A stretch of DNA of 64,000 bases from Octopus sinensis (taxonomy: Eukaryota): contig NC_043006.1 of assembly GCF_006345805.1 (NCBI RefSeq), positions 76,384,001-76,448,000 of the forward strand, in the 5' to 3' direction. Of the stretch, positions 30,501 through 44,402 are shown piece after piece. A model generated the notes under the pieces. It did not search any database. It saw only the letters and a program-made list of their open reading frames with translations, and was not told the origin of the DNA. The position numbers and the translations under genes were made by a program. The first letter of the stretch is position 1. Every line of letters begins with the position of its first letter.

Positions 30501-31037
30501 TGACAACGAACTTAGGTATAGATGCCGTCCACTAAATTCCATATCAGGCTATTATTTGACACGGGTTAAAATAGATTACACTGCTCACAATTGTTCTGCA
30601 TTATGACTGGATTCGAAATTTCATAAAAAGGACATGATATTTAATTTGATCATATCGACAAATCACAATGGAGTTGGATCACCCAACACTGGGAATGTTG
30701 AAAATGAAAATACATCAAGATAAAGTGTCTTTTTTCTGATGATATGGTAAGTACTGAGGAAAAAAATGCAATACGGGTTCCGTTGAATGCATGTGTTCTA
30801 AGACAGGCAACTATGGTATTAGCATATCTATGAAGTAAAAGAATGCTGATAACTACGGCATGAATTTTTGGCTCAAAGACCTTAAGGTGTCTGAATTCTT
30901 ACTGGGTGTTGTGGGTAAATTTGTCGGAGTTCTATGTCTTTTTCTCAGGATCAGCTTGATGTATTAGCAAACAGTCAAAGTCGTCGTTGACAAAATGTTA
31001 GCTGACATGGAGAACAGAAATCAACGGAATTTTGGAA

Positions 31038-31278
31038 AAGGCGGCGAGCTGGCAGAAGCGTTAGCACGCCGGGTGAAATGCTCAGCAGTATTTCGTCTGC
31101 CGCTACGTTCTGAGTTCAAATTCCGCCGAGGTCGACTTTGCCTTTCATCCTTTCGGGGTCAATAAATTAAGTACCAGTTACGCACTGGGGTCGATATAAT
31201 CGACTTAATCCGTTTGTCTGTCCTTGTTTGTCCCCTCTGCGTGTAGCCCCTTATGGGTAGTAAAGAAATAAAAAAAAA
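31038..31278 (+). mobile_element. Full-length Nin-domain SINE family B
   Basis: Head AAGGCGGCGAGCTGGCAGAA, Nin-like core, A-tail; TSD TTGGAAAAG at 31032-31040 and 31279-31287. Confidence 0.93.
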
Positions 31279-31294
31279 TTGGAAAAGTTACTTT

Positions 31295-31800
31295 TACCAT
31301 GATATTTTTCATCTTGTATCATAATGCCGATATCATAACTGCTGCTCAATGCTCTGGGAAGACACGACCGTTGTATGAAACGACATGGTTAGCTGCAACG
31401 GAGACTACTATGTTGTGGCCAGCAGGCATACTGACTGCTTTGACGAGAAGAAATAAAGCACCAACTGCAGGAGTGTCTTAGGCTCAAATTCAGAGGGTTA
31501 TGTGAAATTGCTGGAGACTGTGGCAAACGATGGTTTGAAAGGTTGGCTGCTGGGAGGCTATATGTGTGGTAGCACATTTCACTTCCTTGCTATATCTCCA
31601 GAAAAAATGAGAGGTAGCTGTAGAAAAATTTCTACAGCATCAATCAACAGCCCCCGCTTATGGCCTCCTAATATCCCCGATTGTAATTCTATGGATTAAA
31701 CTGAGTGGAGTGCGAAAGACACCGACTGCTCTGCTTGCAACACCAAGACAAGACAAAAATATGGTAGTTTTTGAAAGTCATTTCTATTGATTTTTTTATC
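31295..31800 (+). mobile_element. Deleted Tc1/mariner (maT-like) transposase remnant
   Basis: LWPPNIPDCNSMD matches the WPPxSPDxNPxD catalytic-domain motif, followed by KDTDCSACNTK. Confidence 0.6.
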
Positions 31801-32392
31801 ACTGACATATAAATCCTGATGACTCCGTTCCTTCTTTAGCTTCACCATATCTTAGTATCTCTGGTAGCCGATAACTATATATTCTTTGAACATGTCCAAC
31901 CAATTGGACATGTAGTTGTTGCTAACACCTCAAATTTAACAAGTTTTGTTCGATTAGAAATGCCCTTAAATGGCTTCACAAATTAATGAAAATGAAGCAT
32001 ATATCTATTGACGGAAACCATCCCTCGTGTTTAAACCCTTTTCATAAAGCATTCCGGCTTCATAGGCATACAATAAGGGTGTGTCGACAATAGCCTCGTA
32101 AGCACCGTTTGCGTTTCTGTCGCAATGGAAGTCTCTTTTACACAGGTTGTACAAGACAGCGCGATTTGAAATTTTGCTTGATACATTAGAATGCTTAATT
32201 TTAAATAATTTTCGGAGAATAAAAATAATAACATTCTTGTATAGAGTAGACTGTGAAAAACGGATATATGCAAATAATGCGACAAGATCCTCATTTCTAA
32301 ATAATTTATAGAGAAATAACCGGTGAGAAAATTCTCAAAAACATATATACATACATACACACCCATACAAACATATACATATACATACATAC

Positions 32393-32474
<82 letters not shown>

Positions 32475-32772
32475 TCTATATTAGCCTTCTTATTGCCAAT
32501 TTGGATAATCTGAATATAGCATCTGAAAATTACATTATAATCTTCAACTGACAAGTTTTCTCAACGTAACAATAGGTTTTCTGCTCTAATTGCCTTTATT
32601 CTTATTAATTGCTATGTCTTTCAGTCGTAATTTTGTACATGTTAAACGCATTAAACTACAATGTGCCTGAAGGCTATTATGAATTTATCAAAATATATAA
32701 TGTTTTTCAAGGCTTTTTCTTATGCTTTTATAATTGCATTCCGTATATGTATATATATATAATTATATTTAT

Positions 32773-32935
32773 AGTCGCAGGAGTGACTCTGTGGTAAGAC
32801 GCTTGCTTCCGAAGCACATAGTTCCGGGTTCAGTTTCACTGCAGGGTACCTTGGGCACGTGTCTTCTACTATGGCTTCGTTCCGACCAAACCCTTCAGAA
32901 TGGACTTGATAGATGGAAACTGGAAGAAGCCCGGA

Positions 32936-32969
<34 letters not shown>

Positions 32970-33250
32970 GTGTGTGTGTGTGTGTGTGCGTGTGTGCGTG
33001 TGTTTGTATGTGCATGTGTGTGTCTGTCTGTCTGCGTGTGTGTATATTTATGTGTGTTTTTATTTGTACCCCCACCATCATTTGACAACCGATGTTGGTG
33101 TACTTACGTCCCCGTAACTTAGCGGTTCGACAAAAGGATCGGTAGAATAAGTACTAGGCTTACAAAGAATAAATCTTGGCGTCGGTTTGTTCAGCTAAAA
33201 ACGGTTCTGCAGCATGGCTGCAGTTAAATGACTGAAACAAGTAAAAGAAT
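32773..33250 (+). mobile_element. SINE family A (older subfamily)
   Basis: Colinear with 16513-16932, with an expanded internal AT/TG tract. Confidence 0.88.
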
Positions 33251-33253
33251 ATA

Positions 33254-33306
<53 letters not shown>

Positions 33307-34659
33307 CCAGAGAGAGAGAGAGAGCGAGAGAGAGAGAGAAACAATACAAATAGACAGGCTGACTAATAGATATATAGATATTGAGAAGATAGATAAATTT
33401 AAAGATTGCCATTTTAGATATTTTTGTTTTCGTATGATAAAAGTTCATTTGCTGCTTCATTTATAGTGTATTTTTCTATCAAACGTTGTTATTTCTTATC
33501 ATTAAACAATCAAGTTAAGCTTCCTATATTATAAAGCCAATTTTTTTATTTCTATTTTTCTGGCGTGTTTTATTGTAGGAAAATTCTGAAAAATTATAAC
33601 TTCGTCTCTTTCCGATAATTTACTATCGCAAGGAAGTGTTTTGCAAAGCCCTGTCAATATTGTACACTTTACATAATTCAGTTGTATTTAATCAGTATTT
33701 GTTTATTGTTGCAATTATTTACGATAATGTGAGTTTTATTATATCGTATTGTTAAATAAAATTATATTTTTATTGGATATCTGTTAGTTTCTGTGTTTGT
33801 GTGGTATGAAATATGATGTATCTTGTTTGTTTCGTTTTTTTTTCTGTGATGTGCCTTTTATTTCTTTTATCATTTTTATCAAACATTTTATCATTACTTT
33901 TATCAATATTATTACAGATAATGATTAGATGTATATGCACATAAACATATATAGATAATATAAACACACCTATAAATATGTTATGTGTGTTTCTTTGTGT
34001 GTGTATGTGCGCGCGCTAGTATTATGTTTCATGAGCTACTTCGGAAGAATTCTAATATTCTCAAGGTAGACTAGTAATACAATAGTAGATTTTAATATAA
34101 TGGAGTGTGACCCATTTATCTGTTGAAGTTATTAGTGCTAACAGAATAAATATTTGTTTAATGTTATTGAGATTTTGTCAGTGAAAAACCAAGACTAAAA
34201 ATGCGTTGGAATGCCAAATGATGAAATTTTAATGAAAATCATTTGACTAAATTTGATTAACCATAATTTCACAACACCTAATTGCGGTGAGAAGTGTAAT
34301 ATCTAACCTTGGCTCATTCTGAGAAAGGAATAACATTTAAAGATCAATGTTGGTGATCGTACGAAACAAAAAAAGAAATGTGTGTGAAACACTGGATTTA
34401 TCACTGCTGAAAGCAAACTCATTCAATTTATATCTAATCCGTATATCGCCAACAGTCTCCAAGGATTTCCGATCTTACCCTATTAAATATATATCAAATG
34501 GCTAAAAAGTGTTTCAACATAGAAGGGAATAGAAACGTCAAAGGATATTGTTTTGGAAACGACTCGAATGCAATTAGATATTGGTTTGATATGAAAATCA
34601 AAAGATACAACAAGAATGGGTATGAAAACTGAAAATGAAGGAACATTATGTCACGTACT

Positions 34660-35070
34660 ATGGTGTGTTTATAAGTGAATATTGGGTAAAATGCATATAT
34701 GGGGTTTGGTTGTAGTTCTTTAAATCTGCAAATCCTCCATGCTGAACTTTGAGTGTCACAGCGTTCAGCGAGTGTTGTGATTTGCATTTTTGTATTTATA
34801 TCCTATTGAATATCTACAACTATTGGCCATTCTAGAGTAACCTTGTTTCCATGTTATCCTCTTTTTTATGCATTTGTTTGTTTTCTGGAGGAGAGTAAAT
34901 GTCTTTGTTTTTTTTATGTTTTATAATGTTTGTTTTAATTCAGTATTATTATTCTGCTTGTTACGTTTGCATATAACGAGATCATTCTGGATATTTTCCT
35001 GTTGCATAAGGCCCCAAACTCTATGCATGAATGGTAAGTGTAATATACGACTGATTTTCTGAGTGATATA
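34660..35070 (-). pseudogene. Very decayed PLE GIY-YIG remnant (paralog at 37740-38115)
   Basis: RKSVVYY..SC..G / Y.ICPE..G...GK..R and ..E(A/D)L.IKELQPN fit the VVY..C..C..YxGKT and EAL.I....P.LN GIY-YIG motifs. Confidence 0.45.
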
Positions 35071-36709
35071 TTGGATGTCTTTTCCTATTCTGGTTGTTTT
35101 TTAATGTGTTATTGAGAGTATAACTATAGCTATTTACCGAAAAATCTACTGTATTGATAAATGTAATTATATTTTATGCGTTTAGCTCTGTTTTAAATAT
35201 TAATCCATTTTTCCCCGTGTTCTTTCCTGTGTAGTTAATTAGGGTCTAAGCATTTGTAATTTAGCATTTTTTTCTAATATTTTTGTCCATTTCTTTACCT
35301 CATTTATTGATTTCTAGGCATGATGCAAACTTACTTTCATTTAGTACAACCACTAAGATAAACGGTGCTTGTTCCAAACATTTCGACTAGGTCTCTACCG
35401 TAGGAAAAGGGTTCTCGCGTATCTTATATATTTTCTTTTCCTGGTTTTGCTGCTAGTGTAACCAATGTATATAACGCTAAAAATTTCCGAGATACAGTGG
35501 CGAATGGAGAAGTGATCATAAATTTAAATCTTTTTATCCGAATGGTTATACTCGAGTAAGACCCGCTCAAGTTACCAAAGCGCAATGGAGCTCTCCGTGA
35601 ACCCAGAATATATAACCAGAACAAATCTCATACTATACTATAACGTTTCAACCGTCCACCCCAACATATGAAAGGCAAAATTGATCTCGGTGGCAACTGA
35701 ACGAGAAGCCAAAAGAATAGCGCAATGCATTTTTTCTCCACTGCAACTCTTCTGGGACTCTACGACTTACTAATATCAGGCTAGTGTCTACTTGACTTAT
35801 TCTAGTTACTGTTAAGTATCTGCAACATTCAAAATGCCGATTGTTTCCCTATGCTCGTCCATTTCAGTTTATCATATAGATAAAAGTTTATTACTGCATG
35901 GCAGAAAACGAAAATATTAAATCACCTCTAGATACATTTCTATTCTGATTGAACCAGAGGAAGCTTTTATATGTTCCCCGTCATATTACTGCACTTCTAA
36001 AATTTTTGATAGGTGCAGTAATTTCAAAAGCCGAATTGCTCAGCGGCTAGCTTTGTTTCACAATGCTCTGAGATTGATCCCACTGTGTTGTATCATGAGA
36101 ATATATCAGTTTCTATAACATGCAGTCGAACCATACGTTGGGAGTGAATGTGCGCAGATGGAAAGTGTTAGGAGGTTTGCATCTGGAATTGAAAAGGTGT
36201 GGTCTTGAGGCACGTATTATTGCAATAATTCTGCTTGAGAATTTTGTCAACCATACACTTGGCCGTTGAATGCACAACCACTTATAATTTATGTAAGGTG
36301 ATTGTAATTCATTTAATTGAACAACTGGTTACTCATCATCAAACGAACATGCACTTCTGCTACCACTAATACTGTCGACCACACCACCACAGCTACCACC
36401 TCTACCTCCACCACAACTACCAACTCCACCTCCACCACTACCACTCCCAGCACCACCACCACTACTACCTCTAACCTCCACCACCACTACCACATCCACC
36501 TCCAGCAAAAATAATGGTTTCAAATTTTCACGCAAGGCCAACAATTTTAGAGCTGAAGGTAAATCGATTACACCTGGTACTTATTTAACAGACGAAGACA
36601 TAATGAAAGGCAAAGGTGACATCGCCTACATTCGAACTCAGAACAAGAGGACTGACGAAATGTCATGAAACATTTTGTCCAGCGTGCACCACGACCAACA
36701 ATAATGCGA

Positions 36710-37010
36710 TTGTTTGCTATTTACTCATGAAATGTTTAATGGATCTTTACATCATCGATAAGACTTTGTTCGTAGTTAATATTTCCTCTATGTGTGTTTA
36801 GGTAGGAACGTCGTTAAAAAACCTCCTGATAATCCGTCGATGTCACACTCAAACATTTATTTCTCCTTCAATGTTTGGTGGTTTTGCCTTTTCTATAATG
36901 TGAATCAGCTTTATAGTTGTATGCGCTTCTTTTCTATTCTTCTGAAAAAAAAAAATCGTTTTCAGACGTTTATTCGTTCCATCAGTTAAGGCTTTGAAAA
37001 CTGTAAGGAG
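36710..37010 (-). mobile_element. Decayed R4/Dong-like RT fragment (duplicate of 39630-40100)
   Basis: Nucleotide similarity to 39731-39933. Confidence 0.6.
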
Positions 37011-38120
37011 GAATTGACACGATGAGACCTATACGCACACAAGCGCAAACCTACACAAACACACATGTATATAGTATAGTAAAACTTGTGCTTGTGTTTG
37101 TCTGTTTGTTGTTCTGTGTGTGTGAGCATGCATTATCGTACATTATGTTAGTTTGAAAGAACACGAATGACCACAAAATAGGAAAATAAATCATTAATAG
37201 CTTACAACGTAGTGGTGTGTATTAAAGTTATGGACGCTAAAATAATATTTTTTTTAATGTTAGTGAGATTTGCCAGCAAAAATGACTAAAAGTATGTTTG
37301 TCCAATAATGAAAACATAATGAAAGTAATTTGAATAATTCTATGCGATAACCTTATCCTACAGAATTTTGTAGTTATAAAAAATTTCCCGTAAGAAGTAT
37401 AATATCCAGCCTTGGCTCACTTTTGAAAGGAATAACATTTACAGGTTAGTGCCGGTGTTTGTACGAAGCAAAAATGGAATGTGTGGGTAACACTGAATGT
37501 TACATTGCTAAAGGCCAATTGGATTCTATTTATTTCTCAGCCGTATTTCGCCAACAATTTTCAAGGATTCCGGATCTTATCTCAAATATGAGAATGCTAA
37601 AAGGTATCTCTACATAGCAGAAAAAAAATATAGTCAGATATAGTCGTGAAATGAAGAGGGAAAGCTGAAACTACACTGAGGGCGAACAGAAAAAAATAAT
37701 AAAGGAAGAGTATGTTACTTACTGAGATTTCATTATAAGGGAATTTGAATATCGGAAATAATGTACATGTGGGGTTTGGTTGTAGTTCTTTAATCATGAG
37801 AACGCTTCTTTCTCAACCTTGAGTTTGAAGCTGTTCAGCCGGTGTTGTGATTTTGCTATTGACATTCACCAGTCATTGATTGTTTGGTCTTTCCTCACTA
37901 CCACTTGAGTCTCTGTTATGTATTTGCTAGCGTCCTTAAGATTTTGCTAGCTTCCTTAACAATTTGTTTTATGTATTATAATTTCTATATCAATTTAGCA
38001 TTATTAATTTAAGTAAGTATTGTTTTCTTATAACGATGCGATTCTATACATTTTCCCGTTACATACAACCCCAACTTCCGTGTACTCAGGACATATTTAA
38101 TATATGTATATTTTTGTGTA

Positions 38121-38375
38121 GCGAAGGAGCGTGGATTAATGCTTAGAGTGTTGACTCATGTTCGTAAGGTTATTGTTTCGATTCCTGGACCGGGCGATGC
38201 GTTGAGTTCTTGAGCAAAACGCTTCATTTCACGTTGCTCCAGTCCACTCAGCAGGCAAAAATGAATAATCCTGCGACGGACCGGGGTCCCGTCCAGATGG
38301 GAAATTTCTACGCCACTGAAACGGGAAACCGACCCTTATGGGACTGGCATAGCTCCAGAAGGAACGTTTATTTAT
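38121..38375 (+). mobile_element. tRNA-derived SINE (family D-type head and core) present only in duplication unit 2
   Basis: B box GTTTCGATTCC; core ttgagcaa..c.cttcatttcacgttgctccagtccactcagc shared with 54302-54643 and 63415-63540. Confidence 0.75.
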
Positions 38376-39629
38376 ATTTGTGTGTAACATATAGTAAATG
38401 CAACATGTCTTTAGCGTTTCTACTGTCTACTCATTTAACATCAAGTTGAGGATATATCTATAACTCCTTACCAAAAATAGCTAGGGTGTTCATACATATA
38501 TATTTTATCTATTAAGACAATCTTTCGTTTGTGTGTGTTGAATTCTATTTAGTTGTTTTTATCACTAAATATTTGTGATTTCACATCTTGTCTAATGTTT
38601 ACGTATCTATTTTATTATCGTGCATGTGATTAGTGGATTTTGTGAAATTATCTCTTTTCAGCTTCATAATCTGTATCACATATAACTTCCTTTTCAATTC
38701 TTAGCTTGGAGTATAACCGGTGACTTTGACTCTTTTAAAAACCTACGAGTTTCAGAGGTGAGGAGTAAAGGTTGCCTAAAAGTAGGGAATTGATCTGAAT
38801 GGTTATATCAGAGTGAGTACCGCTAAAGTCACCTACGGACGAAATGGTGGGGATGAATTGTGCGCCAGATTAAATCTACTGCACAAAAAGGTCACGGTTG
38901 GGTTTGAATTCAAATTGCAATAACTGAAACAAATATTATAATGATTCTATCATCCATCCTAGAATGTGATTAGCGAAATTGATCTCGGTGGCAATCACGG
39001 CAAAATATTTTCTCTTCTGCTGAGCCTCTTTCTACCCTGCGACTTCCCTAAGCATGATTGTTATCTCATTGTTTTGTTTATAAACTGTAACGTACATGTG
39101 GTAATTCTTGTTCTAACAATAATCGATTGTCTTCCTACACCACTCCATTCTCGTTTAAACTATTGATAAAATGTTACTGCCTCCAGTCAGAAAATGAATA
39201 ACATTTACCGAATTAATCCTCTTGTAATTGAAATGTTCTCACTAGATTTTAATTTGTTCTCTATCAGATTACCTTGGTGAGTGGGCATGGAAAATTGTGA
39301 AAAAGCTTGCTTTGCATTCATACTCTCCAGCGTTTGATCTCAGGAAATTGTCTCTTTACAAGATATCATTTTCCATAGCCTCCGCTCAAACGCTATTTTG
39401 TCCGTGCTGGAGAAGAAATGGAAACGATATAGATCTATCGTCAGATATTTTGTATCTATAAATGAAAGTATCTTGATGCTCAGCCGCATACACGTTATTT
39501 CAGGAACTGAAGAAAAAATTGAATCATCTTTGTCGAACGACAAATATCCCGCACGCCACTACCAGCACCACCAAAGCCCTCACCTATAATCTCCACCGCC
39601 AACACCACCAAAATCATCGCCTATAAAAG

Positions 39630-40100
39630 AGTTGTTTGTCATTTACTAATTTTCGTCATGAATGTTTTCATGGATATTTGCGTTATTCGTGACACTTTAT
39701 TCATAGCTTGCATTTTCTTTATGTGTAAACGAGGAACGTCGTTAAAAAGTCTTCCGATAATCGCATGAATGTCATACTCAAGCATTTCTTTCTCCTTCAA
39801 CGGCCGTCGGTTATGCCTTCGCTGTTATGTAATTGATTTTTACAGCCGTATGCGCTTCTTTTCCACTCTTCTAGAAAAATGTTGTTTTCAGATGTTTATT
39901 TGTTCCAGCAGTTAAAGCTTTGTAAAATGTAAGCAAACGGGTTTTCGGTAAATAACTTTCTTTTTTTGCTAGTCTTAGCGAAATGCTGCTTTTCATGTCT
40001 ATTATCCAGTTATCTTTATTCCGCAGTTCCACCAAAATTTTACTAAACACATCCTTCAGCACCTATGCTTCCTTGTCAAAAAATTTGGAGTCGCATTTAT
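39630..40100 (-). mobile_element. Decayed R4/Dong-like RT fragment
   Basis: SYLPKTRLLTFYKALT (NYRPITCL.T.YK.LT), EE..R.AYGCKNQL, CLSM.., DYRKTFNDVP (DYxKAFDSVPH) across frameshifts. Confidence 0.7.
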
Positions 40101-40704
40101 CTGTTTTATATTTACTGAGTTCGTAATGAAATAGGTTTAGCGTGGAATGGATCGTTTTGGATTCTTTGAATAATAGTTTTGGTCTTCAAAGCAGTAGGTT
40201 CTTTTTTTTACGTAAGCTATGAAGATGGATATATTTCTATTCCACTACACATAAAATAGAATATCACTAAGAAACACTATACCTTAAAGAACATATAGGA
40301 AACGGCTTGTGGAGTTGTTTGTGGCTAAAACTGAAATTAGTGGATATAATCACATGTCAGAATTGCTTGGATCTAGTTATTCCTCTGTATGTAAATGCTA
40401 AGAACTTTATCTTTATTTTCTCGATTCCTAATCTACTAATGTTCTATAAAGACAAGAAAAGAAAATCTCACCCCATGAATATCCTATAAACTAAAATTAT
40501 TTTCATCTATTTTAGTGTTTGACATCATAAGATACTTTATCAAATCATCACACGCTATGCCATGCTGATAATTTCTAACAAGAATGAAATAATACTATAT
40601 ATGTTTACCAACAACAAGACATTTTAAAAGTTATATTTCATAGTTAAACAAAAATTTTCATAAAGCGAGTCTAAGCATATTTTCCCGTGTAACTCGTTAA
40701 TTTC

Positions 40705-41260
40705 AAGTAAAGGCTATTTGCCAACTTAATGTGGCTGTCCTAGAAGGGACGATGTTTCGGTTGTCTAGCCCCAAGGAACATCGTTTCTAGCTGGCAATAC
40801 CACACAATATCTGTGTCATATTTTCGAACGGGGAGTTCAGCACTCTCACCTAGCACAAAACAAAATCTGTGGACTAGTTTGGGAGATATTGCCCTTTATT
40901 AACACATCACCTCTGCTTGACCAGTTGGCGTTGCTGAATTCATAGTTCGAATATATAGCTTTTAAAGTGACACACATCACTGACCTAAAAATAGAAATAT
41001 TATTTTTAAATCTCTCATAGAGAGACATTCAGTAACAGTTCTTTAAAGTAAAGGTTAACTGCCAACATAATGTGGCTGACCTGAAAGGGACGACGTTACA
41101 GTTGTGCAGCCCCGAGAAACATCACCTCAAGCTGACTATACGGCACAATATATGTGCCCTTATATATTGGAAGAGGAAGTTCAGCATTCCTTACTAGCGT
41201 AAAACAAATTCTGTGGACTAGAAACTGTACGAAGTTAGTATCTCCTCTTTTAATAGCTGA
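40705..41260. repeat. Two diverged ~200-bp direct repeats (40705-40900, 41047-41255)
   Basis: Shared aagtaaagg..a..tgccaac.taatgtggctg.cc...aagggacga.gtt...agcccc.ag.aacatc...aaaacaaa.tctgtggactag. Confidence 0.75.
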
Positions 41261-41597
41261 GACCATTAGGGGCATCACGTGTATTATCATTTTCAATACA
41301 TTTGTTTTTATTCCATGCAATAATCAGTGTTTTATTAATTATTTAAAATAATTTCGACAGTATTGCAATAATTTGGTCTATATGTGTAAAATTCCTATTA
41401 GTGAAATATTTTGTATATTTGTAAGACTGATTTTTGTGGAGTGATTGAGTTCGCATCTGTCTACATGATTTCATTGATTTTTAAGATACCTATAATCATA
41501 AAAATTGTATGTATTTTTCAAGTAGTTATATCTTGATGATTTCACCATTTGTTAAAGAGATATATCATTGTCTGTTTGGACTAATACTTAAAGAGGT

Positions 41598-41750
41598 AAC
41601 CCTAACCCTAACCCTAAAACCCTAAGCCTAAGTCTAACCCTAAACCCCTAACCCTATAACCGTAACCCTAATCGTAAAACCTTAACCCTAACCCTAAAAC
41701 CCTAACCCTAACCCTAATTCTAAAACCCTAACTCCCTAAAGCTAAAACCA
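41598..41750 (+). repeat. Degenerate interstitial (CCCTAA)n telomere-like tract
   Basis: About 20 degenerate CCCTAA units, followed by a ~300-bp repeat-like segment ending AAAGGGTAAAGATCC. Confidence 0.85.
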
Positions 41751-42842
41751 GTACAAGCGCACGAACGATGTAATAAATAACAGTGACAAACGAAATATAC
41801 ACCGCCGGAACTTGTTGCTGACAAACAACAGCAGTAATTTTATTCAGCTGAATACACGTCATTGATTGGTTGAACTTACCGAAATACGAAAACTTTAACG
41901 CGAAATAACTTTGAAAATAGAAACTTTTCTCAACAACACTAAGAGTAAAAGATGTTTTATATAACACATTCGACCAGTGTTCGAAGTTTGAAAGTGTTTA
42001 CTTACAAAAAATTAATTTCTAAATCTGCCGCTCAAAGGGTAAAGATCCGTATATTTATTAAGGTAATTTTTCTACAGTGACGGACTAAATGTATTGCTCC
42101 GAATCTTTAAGTTCTGAGTTCAAATTCTGCTGAAGAATTCGAACATTACGAGAAATATTTCAGAGTCGATAGATAAATATCAGTTAAGCATTGGGGGTTT
42201 CCATCATCGACTCTCTCCTCCCAACAAAATTACAAACCTTGTGACTTTGGTAGAAAGGATTATTAGTAATATCCGTTAATTGTGTTTGTACGTTACTTCT
42301 GCATTACATAGTGATAGGTTTGCGTTCTTATTCCCAAAGTCACATTGACATAACCTGTATCTGTCATGAATAACAACTGCCATGTTTATCCTGTTAGTGT
42401 ATTGTATTATCATATATCGCGCACATCTTTTATACTTTGGTATATATCTATTGCATAAATTTTGCTTTTGTTTATTAATCTTAGGTAAGACTTTACAGTG
42501 CAAAATATGTAAGAAACGCCATGGCAGAGTTTTAAATGATAAAACTACAATATAAATTCTGTCAACTCTTTTTAAGAAGTTGCACTGAGATTTGAATATC
42601 ATTTAAGTGCTTTTTTCTATCAATTGAAACAACAAAGCAAATGCTCTCTAATTGTCGTATTTCTCACTGCCTTATTTTCACACTGTCGTGTTTGGCATTA
42701 TGGTTTCTTTTTACTTCAGATGTTCCACTACCAGTTTTTAGCTTTGGCCCCTTGTTTAAATTTGTTTCGTTCATATCTCAAATTCTTTCCCATATGTAAT
42801 GTGTAATGACCTTCTATTTTCGACTTTATGTTCACATATACA

Positions 42843-42908
<66 letters not shown>

Positions 42909-43109
42909 GAGAAAGAGAGAGAGATTGAGAGAGAGAGAGAGAGAAAGAGAGCGAGAAAGACGGACAAACTGATAGAGAGACAGATAGACAGAAAGAGAGA
43001 AATAAAGAGAGAGAGAAGAAAACAGAATCACCGATTTCTGTGTTCCTGTTTTCCACGAAACACTCTGTTACTGTCTATTTTATATTTTTGTTGACCAACT
43101 AATGTTACC

Positions 43110-43119
43110 TATACTAAAA

Positions 43120-43193
<74 letters not shown>

Positions 43194-43265
43194 GTACTAG
43201 TACTACTACTACTACAACTACTACTACTACTACTACTACTACTAGTGTTATTATTATTGTCATTA

Positions 43266-43346
<81 letters not shown>

Positions 43347-43395
43347 CATTATTATTATTATCATTCTCGTTGTTGTCATTATTATCGTTATTATT
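43110..43395. repeat. (ACT)n + (ATT)n microsatellite
   Basis: Direct reading. Confidence 0.95.
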
Positions 43396-44402
43396 TGAAG
43401 TGGGAGCAGTAGTATTTCATTCGGTGTGCTGCAGTTAATTTGACAATTTCCTGGCGATAAAATCTGTGTTAATTCTGTAAAATTGCAGACTTTCTTTTGT
43501 ATCGTGGTTAGTACTTGCAGAATAAGAGGAAAATTACATAGCGTATATTTTTTTATTCGTTTGTTTCCTTCCAGAATATTAAAACGTATGAGAACTCAAT
43601 AGATAAAAGGCTTTATAATTTAATTGATTACTTTCAATAATAAATTTGCACATCACATGTTACGCTAACATTGATATATTCTTTACGAATTTGTTAAATG
43701 ATTAAATAAAACTCGTCCATATATTATGCTCACATTATCTGAAACTTTCAGTGAGAATTAACACAACTACAGACAGTCGTATTTATCTATTGCATGTTAT
43801 AAATTCAATTAGTAATCTAAATACCGACATTGTAAGATACATAAGAACCAAAATAAGATTATTATTACAAGCTTCGTGTCCTGAACATTTAATAAACACA
43901 TTCATGTGTGGCATTTACATGAAGACATTCAATATCGCAATGTAGAATCTTATAAGTGTCGATGCTTTGTTGATATCTTCGGCAAAGATTTAACACCAAT
44001 AGTTATTTCCTAACTTATCAACTCATCAATAAATGTATTTATATTGCATAAAATACAACTCTTGCATGCATTAGCAATCAGTTTCGTATGAGATATTATG
44101 AATAAAACATATATATGGCAGAAAATATGTCTACATATGTCTGGTAAGTTTGAGAATGTCCTGCATCAAGATATGCATTGATCTGTAATTCGAAGCATTA
44201 AGTATAATCCTTCCAAGAGGGGCTATATTTTATTGAATATCTATTTATCACTGACGGTTTCGAATAAAATAGTATAAACATTGCAGAAAGCAAATATATT
44301 TTAGACATATAAGCCAAAATATTGGCCAAAACTAAAGATAGTAAAAATATTTTCTGAACAAACAAAAATAAAATATACCCGAAAGAACGTAAAAAGTCCA
44401 TT

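Larger units (their letters stand above)
34000..39935 (+). repeat. Old ~3 kb tandem duplication (unit 1 ~34000-37010, unit 2 ~37100-39935)
   Basis: Colinear matches: 34290-34480/37393-37580, 34690-34790/37760-37855, 35660-35915/38965-39205, decayed SINE A 36040-36170/39275-39425, ACC-rich 36350-36510/39550-39620, 36800-37008/39731-39933. Confidence 0.8.

Noticed and set aside
34494-37797. Two ORFs sharing KELQPNP as a tandem host gene family
   Set aside because: Surrounding frames have stops and frameshifts, and the motif fits a decayed PLE GIY-YIG C-terminus within a duplicated block.
39343-39589. Plausible-looking + strand exon (EIVSLQDIIF...)
   Set aside because: It overlaps a decayed SINE A whose paralog at 36040-36170 has no equivalent frame.
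41598-41750. True telomere or chromosome fusion site
   Set aside because: Short, degenerate, single orientation, and internal to ordinary sequence.
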